A DNA stretch of 64,000 nt from contig CM075995.1 of the NCBI GenBank assembly GCA_038087875.1, positions 6,574,001 through 6,638,000 on the forward strand, given 5' to 3'. Below the pieces are notes generated by a model. The model was not told the DNA's origin. It did no database searches and saw only the letters and a list, made by a program, of their open reading frames with translations. The translations under genes were made by a program, and so were the position numbers. This stretch comes from Malacoraja senta. Taxonomy: Eukaryota. Every line of letters begins with the position of its first letter. Position 1 is the first letter of the stretch. Below, piece by piece: positions 53,973-64,000 of this stretch.

Positions 53973-54783
53973 TAAGAAGTGTTGCTGTCAGAGTAGAGGT
54001 TTAACAGTGGAGCGATTGTAATGCGTGATTGCAGTCCCACTTCTGGGGCTAGCACACAAAGAGTGGCCTGGGTTCGTTCTCTCGTGTGTCAGACGATGTC
54101 GCTCGCTGTTGGCGTCTGTCGTTCCGTCGTGGCCTGGGTTAGGCGCCATCTTGGATTCAGCAATAGAGTCTGTTCCATACAGACTATGCATAAAAATCAA
54201 TCTTCCATTCACTGGACTATCTGGAGAAATCGCCCCACTTTAAATTGGAGAGATTGTTGTGGGTCTCGACCCGAAACGTCACCTATTCCTTCCCTCCAGA
54301 GATGTTGCCTCAGAGTCCCGCTGAGTTACTCCAGCAATTGTGACTATCCTCGGTGTAAACCAGCACCTGCCGTTCCTTCCTACACAGTAGTTTCCACTTT
54401 GTTCTAGACGCCTTCATCCTAAATTGGTCTACCTTCTGAGAATGGAATATGTCATTGCCACATGTGACAGGGCACAGTGAAATCCTTTGCTTGCATATCC
54501 AGGGTATGCAAATAGCCGCCATTTACGGCCACGTCACAAGTGCCCCCGCCGGCTCCTCCTTTGTTCTACCCCACCCTCCCCCACAGTGGTTCCCCCACAC
54601 CAGCTTGAAGTTTGTTAGCCGCCCCCTTCCCCCCCGGTCCTCCATTCCCCATTGTTCTTCCCCCTCCCATTTGGTGGTCCCACCACGCCGGGTCCTGCAT
54701 TGTTCATTGGTCTTCCCCCTCACTCATGGCGGTCCCCCCATGCCCATGTTTTGTTCCAAAGACTGATGTTACCTCAGACTTAC

Positions 54784-54810
54784 CATACTGGCTCATCACT
54801 AACTCAAATG
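54784..54810 (-). CDS. DTNBP1: Candidate 27-nt DTNBP1 microexon
   Basis: ttgcag|CATTTGAGTTAGTGATGAGCCAGTATG|gtaagt; keeps phase 1 and has no stop (AFELVMSQY); no transcript evidence available. Confidence 0.35.
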
Positions 54811-54899
54811 CTGCAATGGTGTTGTCAACAAATACAATGAAGATGACAATGCAACGTAAATATTGGTTAAAAATCTACCGATTCACATTGGCACAGTGC

Positions 54900-55640
54900 G
54901 AACTCCATCTTCAAGTTCGCCAACCGCACAACATTGTTGGACGAATCGCAGATGACGCTGAGTCAGGGAATAGAAGTGAGATCGATCGACTGACCATATG
55001 GTGCCAGCACACCAACCCGGCTCTCAGTCACTAAGACCAAGGAACTGATCATGTGGACCTTGGAAGAGGAAGGATGAGGACCCACAAAGCTGTCTGTATT
55101 GACGGGACAATGGTCTAGAGAGTTTATAGCTTCAAATTTCTGGGCGTGCATATTTCTGATCTTTCCTGGACCCTGCACACTGATGCAATTATAAAGAAAC
55201 CCCTTCAACGCCTCTACTTCCTGAGAAGATTACAGAGATTCGGTATGTCAGAGAGGATTCTCTTGAACTTCTACAGGTGTACATTAGAGAGCATATTGAC
55301 TGGTTGCATCACGGCCTGGTTCGGCAACACGAACGCCCAGGAGCGAAGAAGACTGCAAAAGGTGGTGAACCCGGCCCGGTCCATCACAGGTACTGACCTC
55401 CCACCATCGAAGGGACCTACAGGAGTTGCTGCCTCAAAAAGGCAGCCAGCATCATCAGAGACCTACACCACTCTGGCCACACACTCATTTCACCCCTGCC
55501 ATCGGGGAAGAAGGTACAGGAGCCTGAAAACTGTAAAGTCCAGGTTCAGGAGCAGCTTCTCCCCTACAGCCATCAGGTTATTAAACACGACAACCTCCAA
55601 ATAAGCTCTGAACTACATAGACTTGGGAACATTGGCATTG
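54900..55640 (+). mobile_element. Rex1/Babar-like LINE 3' fragment
   Basis: HISDLSWT...QRLYFLRRLQRFG...FYRCTLESILTGCITAWFGN. Confidence 0.85.
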
Positions 55641-56075
55641 TCTTTTTGCAGTATTACATACTTGCAGCAGCACAACAGAATATGTAAACATAGAAAACGA
55701 AATAATAAACAGAATAAGTTCTTTATGAAATATATATATATATAAATGCACACACACATATACACACATGCATACACACACACACACACACATACGATCA
55801 CATTGAATGGCGGTGCTGGCTCGAAGGGCCGAATGGCCTAGTCCTGCACCTATTGTCTATTGTCTACATATTTTGTTGTGCTGCTGCAAGTAAGAATTTA
55901 ATTGTTCTGTTTGGGACATATGACAATAAAGACTCTTGAAATATTGTTGAAGACACAGAAACATTAAAAGTTATACTACAAGGTACACCGACTTGCATTG
56001 TGTGAATATCATAGCAGAGGATATTTGAGGACAATTTGCTTTGATTTCTGATGCTAAAGTAATGGAAAGTCTTGC

Positions 56076-56231
56076 CTCGTCTCTGCGCGATCTGCAAATA
56101 CCCCGTGGACAGGTACTGCTCCAGGTCCTGCTGAAAGGCCTCTTCAAAAAACTTCTGCCGCTCTTTCAATTTCTGTTGCTGCGAGTTCTCCATGTCACGA
56201 ACCTTATGGGCATGTACTTCATCCAACTTAA
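56076..56231 (-). CDS. DTNBP1: DTNBP1 (dysbindin) coding exon (~exon 8), 156 nt
   Basis: Minus strand tttcag|TTAAGTTG...AGACGAG|gcaaga; [51 protein letters not shown](E); GC donor. Confidence 0.93.
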
Positions 56232-57093
56232 CTGAAACAGGAGGAAAAGATCATTGACATGAGCCATGAGCAAAGAAATAGGAACTACAAATTGCCAGGA
56301 CTTCATACAATGCAAACAATTCATAAAAGTTTCAATCGTAACCTGGTTGAGTTGAGTTTATTATTGTCACGTGTACTGAGGTGCAGGGCAAAGCTTTTTG
56401 TTGCGTGCCCTCCGGTCAGCGAAAAGACTAGACATGTTTACCACCCACAGATACAGGATAAAGGGCATAATGTTTAGGGCAGGAACCTGACTAACACTCG
56501 GGCTAAAGAATGGATGAAATGTTATACTCTGAAATGTACGAATATATCTCGAACGAAGTTTTTTATCTTAATAAATGTTTCCATTCTTCTTTAACTATCT
56601 TTTTCTTTTCTGTTTTCTTTTTTTTTGTTTTGTTTTTTTTCTTTCTCTTTTCTTTCTTTACTTCATCTATCTTTTTAGTTCTATCTAGTTTAAAAAAAAA
56701 CAAAAAAAGGCAAAAGGTATTGGAGACAATGTAATAATAATTGACAATATTATCAATTTAAAAATGAAAGACTGGTAATGATGATAATATGTTGTGTACT
56801 TATCTCCAATAAAAAATATTTTCAAAAAAATAATAATGTTTAGTGCAAGATAAAGTCCAATAAAGTCCGATTAAAGATAGGTGTAGAAAGGAACTGCAGA
56901 TGCTGGTTTACACAGAAGATAGACACAAAATGCTGGAGCAACTCAGTGGGTCAGGCGGCAAGTCTGGAGAAAAGGAATAAGAGGTGTTTCGGGACGAGAC
57001 CCTTCCCTGAACCAGAAACACCTCCGATTAAAGATCGTTTGAGGGTTTCCAATGAGGTAGATAGTAGTTCAAGACCGCTCTCTAGTTGTGATG

Positions 57094-57801
57094 AGGGCCT
57101 GTCCCACTTGCGTGTCCTTAGCACGCAAATTACGCGACCTCGTGGTCGCGTTGAGCCGCGACAGTCCCGCGAAGGTCACACGCGACTTCATTCGACCGCG
57201 CAGCCAATTGGAACGCGCGACTTCATTCGACCGCACAGCCAATTGGAGCGCGTGACGTCATTTGAAGATGGACACAAAATGCTGGAGTAACTCAGCGGGA
57301 CAGGCAGCATCTCTGGAGAGAAGGAATGGGTGATGTTTCGTGTCGAAGCTCTTCTTCAGTCTGAAAAGAAGGGTCTTGACCCGAAACGTCACCCGTTGCT
57401 TCTCTCCAAAGATGCTGCCGGTCCCGCTGAGTTACTCCAGCATTTTGTGTCTATCTTCAATTTTCTTGGCCCCGCTCTGGGAGTAGAAGTGGGGGCGGAT
57501 CCAGACCGCAACGGCCGTGAGCCCCAGGCCGAGTTCGGCGATCGTTTGCCTGCTTCTGCTGCTGTTGGAGGTGAGACGTTGCGTCGCGCCAGGGTCTTGG
57601 GCCTGTCCCACTTTGGCCGTCTTCTGCGACAGGCCGTTGGCGTGCGAAGATTTTGTTCGCTACAAAAATTTCGGAGCCCCGCACGATGTCGCGCACAACT
57701 ACATACCCCTCCGCGTTTCTCAGTGGGACCGGCGCCGCGCGGCCACACGATGCCCGTGCGCGTAATTTGCGTGCCAAGAACACGTAAGTGGGACAGGCCC
57801 T
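57094..57801. mobile_element. Harbinger-type MITE, type C, containing a Penelope-derived palindrome
   Basis: ~43 bp TIR AGGGCCTGTCCCACTTRCGTGTYCTTRGCACGCAAATTACGCG; ATG/ATA flanks; interrupts a Rex1-like tail. Confidence 0.8.
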
Positions 57802-59296
57802 ATAGGATAGTTCAGTTGCCTGATAAAAGCTGGGGAAAATCTGGAGGTGTGCGTTTTTGCACTTCTGTACCTCTTGTCTGAAGGGAGAGGGGAGGAGGGA
57901 GTGACCGGGGTGAGACTGATCCTTGATTATGCTGCTAGCCTTGTAGATGGAGTCAATGGAAGGGAGGTTGGTTTGTGTGATGGTCTGGGCTGCTGCGTCC
58001 ACAATTCTCTGCAATTTCTTGCGGTCTTGGAGCCGTTCCAAAACAACACTGTGACGCAACCATCTTCACTATCTACAATGCCACCCACTTTTGTGTCTTC
58101 TGCAAACTTGCTAACCATGCCGTGTACGTTCTCATCCAAAGCCATATTTTCCCCTTACATCCGACCGTCGCCACACACTTGCTGTCATTAAACTCCGTCT
58201 GCCATCTCTCTGCCCATTTGTGCAGCTCCGGAATCACTGGAATGCGAGTGAACAAAACCAACTGCAAGCCATTTAAGGGCACAGCTGACAAGCAGAGAGA
58301 ACTTTTTTCACAAACAATAGAGGGGAAAAGAAGGATGAAAGGTTTGGCGAGAGAATTCCAGAACGGTGATGTAAACAGATAAAGACACAGTTGGGCTGGG
58401 TTAGAGTAAAATTAGCTGCATACATTCAGGCAGAACTGATGGAATCACGACTTTCTCAGACCTTTGGGCTGGAGAAACTGAGAGTGGGAGAGTAATGACA
58501 TGGAAGGAGTTGAAAACAATGATTAGAACTTCAAGACACAGTCGTCATTAGACCAGGAACTAAAATAAATCAGTAGGAACAGGTGACGCGTTTATAGTCA
58601 GAGTGATACAGCGTGGAAACAGGTCCTTCAGCCCAACCTGCCCACACCGGCCAACATGCTCCATCTACACTAGTCCCACATGCCTGCATTTTGCCCATAT
58701 CCCTCTAAACCTATCCTATCCATGTCCCTATCTATATGTTTCTTGAATGCTGTGATAGTCCCAGCCTCAACTACCTCTACCGGCAGCTCACTCCATACAC
58801 CCACCACGTATTGTGTAAAAAAGTTACCCCTCAGATTCCTATTAATCTTTCCTCCCTCAGCTTAAACCTATGTCCTCTGGTTCTCGATTCCCCTTCTCTG
58901 TGCGTTTACCCGATCTATTCCTCTCACGATTTTATACAGCTCTATAGGATCATCTATAAGGTGAGTACGTTCCTGTACAATGTAAAGTGATGGTGCGTTA
59001 GGTGCCCGAATAATAGTCATACATCATGGAAACAGGCCCTTTGGCCCAACTTGCCCACACCGACCAACATGTTTCATCTACACCAGTCCCACCTGCCTGC
59101 GTTTGGCCCATATCCCTCTAAACCTGTCCTAACCATATACCTGTCCAAATGTTTCTTAAACATTGTGATAGTACTTTTGGGACTTTTTGCAAGTTAGGAT
59201 GTGAGCAGCAGCATTTATGAAGGTTGGAAAATGGGAGTCAGAGAGGGAGGAAACAGGCTCCAAGAGGTGGTGGATTTCAATATTAGATAACTGAGG

Positions 59297-59327
<31 letters not shown>

Positions 59328-60282
59328 GGAGGTGTGACACAGAGAATGTTAAGAAAGGGCACAAGGAACTGCAGATGCTGGTTCACTAAAAAAGATGCTT
59401 ATGTCTGCTGTACCATTTCACTATTTTCACTACCCGATTACCATAGAACAGTACAGAACATTAAGTACAGAACGAGAATTATGAAAATTCTTAGTCTAAC
59501 TTGCTAGCTATAAATGCAGATACATTAAGAATACATTAAGAATAAGGGGTTGGCCATTTATGACTGAGATGAGGAAAAACATTTTTACCCAGAGAGTTGT
59601 GAATCTGTGGAATTCTCTGCCTCAGAAGGCAGTGGAGGCCAATTCACTGGATGTTTTCAAGAGAGTTGGATTTAGCTCTTTTAGCTAACGGAATCAAGGG
59701 ATATGGGGGAAAAAGCAGGAACGGGGTACTGATTTTGGATGATCAGCCATGAGCATATTGAATGTCTCGAAGGGCCGAATGGCCTACTCCTGCACCTATT
59801 TTCTATGTTTCTATGATTACAAGCAACTGCAGATGCTGATTTATACAAAAAAGACCCAAAGTGCCAGAGTAACTCAGCGGGTCTGGCAGCAACTCAGGTG
59901 AACATGGATTGGTGATGTTTCAATACATAAATCATTCGTGGAGATAGCTCAATGTTTCATTGGTTATTTTATTGTCACATGTACCAATGGTACAGTGAAA
60001 TACATTTATATCAGTGCAATTTTTGCCATAAATAAAGCCAATAAGTACCCCATGCTTAGAAACAGCCCACTGAGTCCATATGTACTAGTTGCCTTTTTGG
60101 CAACAAGATTTTTTCCCCCAGAATTTCTGGTATGTTTCTATTCAGACTGGGATAATTTTGCTAATTGAAAGATTACATCTGGCATGGGTATAGTGCTGTG
60201 ATTTGCAGTTAAAGCAGCTACATCTAAGAGAGCTAGTCTGAAGATAGGGCCCAACTGGAAACATCACCTACCCACGAGTTTA

Positions 60283-60920
60283 GTTGGCAAACTCAATGCT
60301 AGCATTTATTCCAAGAGGGCTTGTATACAAAAACAGGGATGTAATGTTCTATAAGGAGCTGGTAAGGCCACATTTGGAATATTGTGAACAGTTTTGGGCA
60401 CCATACCTGAGGAAGGATGTGCTGGCTCTGGAGAGGGTCCAGAGGAGGTTTACAAGAATGATCCCAGGAATGAGTAGGTTAACATACGATGAGTGTTTGT
60501 CGGCACTGGGCCTGTACTGGCTGGAGTTCAGAAGAATGAAGGGGGACCTAATTGAAACATCCAGAATAGTGAAAGGCCTGGATAGAGTGGGTGTGGAGAG
60601 GATGTTTCCACTAGTGGGAGAGTCTAGGACTGGAGGTCACGGCCTCAGAATTAACGGACTTTTTTTAGGAAGGAGATGAGGAGAAATTTCTTTAGTCAGA
60701 GGGTGGTGAATCTGTGGAATTCATTGCCGCAGACGGCTGTGGAAGCCAAGTCAATGGATATTTTTAAGGCAGAGATAGATAGATTCTAGATTACTATGGA
60801 TGTCAGGGTTATGGGGAGAAGGCAGGAGAATGGGGTTGAGAAGGAGAGATAGATCAGCCGTGATTGAATGGCGGAGTAGACTTGATGGGCCGAATGGCCT
60901 AATTCTGCTCCTATCACATG
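60283..60920 (+). mobile_element. CR1 LINE 3' fragment
   Basis: [37 protein letters not shown]. Confidence 0.88.
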
Positions 60921-61482
60921 AACATTCTCCAGAGATGCAAGCTGGCTAACCTCCCGAGTTACTCCAGCACTTTGTATCCCTTTTAATGTAAAGAGTGAAC
61001 CTGAGCGATGGAATCAATACAACACCAAAATTACAAGCAGTCCAATTCGGAATCAGAGTTGCTAGGGAGAGGAATGGAGTTGATTATGAACAGAGATGTC
61101 ACAAGGACTGAAAACAATGCCTTTGTATTTCCCACAATCGGCACTCGAGCTACACACTGGGTATAAAACTGTCGGGATGAAAAGGACAGAAATGTCAACA
61201 AAGCCAAATATGAACTGTCACGTTTGACTCAGAGATGAGATTGGATTAAAGAATATAACAAGCTTGTAAATGTGCCCTAGATTCCCTGCCACAGTTATTA
61301 CATAATCCACGTGGTTAGAATAAGATGAGCTCTCTTGATATAAAGGCGAGCCCTAGAAATTGAAATTGTCAGCTGTGAAGCCGCCCACAGCATTATTTTC
61401 TAATTACGTGAATAAGTCTCCATCAGTACGCAGTCATTAGCAGTACGTTTCATCAGCATGACAAAACCTAAAATAGCCGTTT

Positions 61483-61790
61483 GTTTAGTTTGGAGGCACA
61501 GCTCGGAAACAGGCCCTTCGGCCCACCGAGTCTGCACAGACTAGCGATCCCCGCACATTAACATTACCCTACGCACACTAGGGACAATCTTACATTTATA
61601 CCAAGTCAAATAACCTACAAACCTGTACGTCTGAGGAGTGTGGGAGTGAACCGAAGATCTCAGAGAAAACCTCACGCAGGTCACGGGGGGAACGCACAAA
61701 CTCCGTACAGACAGCACCCGTGGTCAGGATCGAACCCGGGTCCCTGGCGCTGGGAGGCAGCAACTCTACCGCTGCGCCACAGTGCCGCCC
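61483..61790 (-). mobile_element. HE1-type SINE
   Basis: Full-length copy on minus; further copies near 1240, 3050, 7490, 32900, 35880, 41345, 51000 and 51840. Confidence 0.88.
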
Positions 61791-63089
61791 AGTGTTGTGA
61801 AGGAGACATGAACTTAAAGGATATAATTGTTCTACATAGATACATAGAAAATAGGTGCAGGAGTAGGCCATTCGGCCCTTCGAGCCGGCCCTTCGAGTTC
61901 TGCATTTAAAGGTACATTATTGATGTGTACGAAGGAACTGCCAATGCTGGTTTACACCGAAGATACACAAAATGCTGGAGTAACTCAGCGGGACAGGCAG
62001 AGAAAAGGAATAGATGAGGCTTCGGGTCCAGAGCCTTCTTCACGGGAGGGGAGGGGAACAGATTCCCTCGCCCCTGACTCTCAGTCTGAAGAAGAGTCTC
62101 GACATGAAACGTCACCTGTTCCTCTTCTCCAGAGATGCTGCCTGACCCGCTGAGTTGCTCCAGCACTTTGTATCCATCTTACTGATGTGTATGTTGCATG
62201 TGCAATTAAACAAAGTTGCGAACTGGAAAATCGATTAATAAATTAAAAATCTCAAGGAATTGCAAACACTAGTTTACAATAAAAAAGACATAAAGTGCTG
62301 GAGTAACTCAGTGCGTCAGGCAGCATTCCTGGAAATCATGAATAGAAACATAGAAACATAGAAAATAGGTGCAGAAGGAGGCCATTCGGCCCTTCGAGCC
62401 AGCACCGCCATTTATTGCGATCATGGCTGATCGTCCCCAATCAATAACCCGTGCCTGCCTTCTCCCCATATCCCTTGATTCCACTAGCCCCTAGACCTCT
62501 ATCTAACTCTCTCTTAAATCCATCCAGTGATTTGGCCTCCACTGCCCTCTGTGGCAGGGAATTCCACAAATTCACAACTCTCTGGGTGAAAACGCTTTTT
62601 CTCACCTCAGTCTTAAATGGCCTCCCCTTTATTCCAAGACTGTGGCCCCTGGTTCTGGACTCGCCCAACATTGGGAAAATTTTTCCTGCATCTAGCTTGT
62701 CCAGTCCTTTGGTGACGTTTCACATCGGAACTCTTAGAGTCATGGAGCCAAACATCGTGGAAATGGGCCCTTTGGCCCAACTTGCCCACACCGACCAACA
62801 TGCCTCATCTACACGAGTCCCACCTGCCTGCATTTGGCCCACATACCTCTAAAGCCCATATCCATGTACCTGTTTCAATGTTTCTTAAACATTGCAATGG
62901 TACCTGCCTCAACTACCTCCACTGGCAGCTTGTTCCATACACCCACTATCCTTAGTGTAATAAAAGATCGCAATCTGAAACTTAGTTTAGTTTATTGTCA
63001 CGTGTACCGAGTTACGGTGAAGAGCCTGTAGCGAGCTACAGTGAAAAGGTACAGTGAAGAAGGATCCTGACCCGCAACATCACCTATCC

Positions 63090-63628
63090 ATGAATGAATG
63101 AATAAGTTTATTGGCCAAGTATGTTCACATACAAGGAACTTGCCTTGGTGCTCCACTCGCATGTAACAACACGTATATACAGTAAACAATTAAGAATAAA
63201 ACATAAAACATGAAAACATTAAGAATAAAACATTATAGTTTGTGAATGAAATAAAATACCAGAGCAAAAGGAGGCTACAGACTTTTGGTTATTGAGTAGA
63301 GCTACTGCTCGTGGAAGAAAGCTGTTTTTATGTCTGGCTGTGGCGGCTTTGACAGTCCGGAGTTGCCTTCCAGAGGAAAATGATTCAAAGAGTTTGTGGC
63401 CAGGGTGAGAGAGGTCAGAGATGATCTTATCCGCTTGCTTCCTGGCCCTTGCAGTGTACAGTTCGTCAATGGGGGGGGGGGGGGGGGGAGGTTGCAGCCA
63501 ACAACCTTCTCAGCTGATCGGACGATTCGCTGGAGCCTCCGGATGTCATGCTTGGTGGCTGAGCCAAACCAGACCATGATGGAGAAGATGAGGACAGACT
63601 CTACGATGGCCGTATAGAATTGGACCAT
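63090..63628 (-). mobile_element. Rex1/Babar-like LINE 3' fragment
   Basis: QFYTAIVESVLIFSIMVWFGSATKHDIRRLQRIVRSAEKVVG; (ATTC)n tail. Confidence 0.85.
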
Positions 63629-64000
63629 CCATGTACATCAGGGATGCTGCCTGACCCGCTGAATTACTCCAGCACTTTGGGAATCCTTTCTCATCTTCTA
63701 TTCATGTTGCTCTCTTACCCTTTGATACCATTGTAATTCAACATATCTACTTTATTTAAAATTCTCTCTAAATATTACACAGCCTCAGAGGCAAAGACCA
63801 CAGTCCACTGATTCTCCATTACATCCTCCCTCTGCTTGCAGACAGTGTGAAGATTTTATAAGCACACCGTTATTTTGCATGTCAGTGTTCACAGCTGCGT
63901 TACAATCCCTCCAGACTTAACTCCTACACTAAATGAGCCTTCAGCTAAGAACTGCAGATTTTCTCGGCTGCAACACATATTTCAGTTTAGTTTATTGTCA

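Noticed and set aside
56232..64000. Upstream short DTNBP1 exon
   Set aside because: No convincing match found by eye; it may lie outside the window or have been missed

Overview
Vertebrate genomic DNA, most likely a cartilaginous fish (skate/ray/shark), inferred from abundant HE1-type tRNA-derived SINEs and their CR1/HER1 partner LINEs. Two genes converge tail-to-tail. On +, the last nine coding exons of JARID2 (5751-33730; JmjC and C5HC2 zinc finger) are followed by a repeat-free ~2 kb 3' UTR. On -, the last three coding exons of DTNBP1/dysbindin span 56231-37161. The predicted poly(A) signals are ~1 kb apart. All exon junctions were traced by hand and join in frame; exon numbers follow the human genes from memory. 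Introns are dominated by decayed repeats: CR1, Rex1/Babar-like, HE1 SINE, Tx1/L1-like, L2 tail, RTE-like, hAT, Tc1/mariner-like and Harbinger-type MITEs. Main findings: (1) about 20 short Penelope-derived inserts with a minimal hammerhead-ribozyme core, often fold-back palindromes with 9-14 bp target-site duplications; (2) a GC-AG intron and a candidate 27-nt in-frame microexon in DTNBP1; (3) two local inverted duplications, one bracketing three JARID2 exons; (4) two miR-155 8mer seeds in the JARID2 UTR; (5) four MITE types sharing one terminal motif. Repeat boundaries are approximate and the repeat list is not exhaustive.
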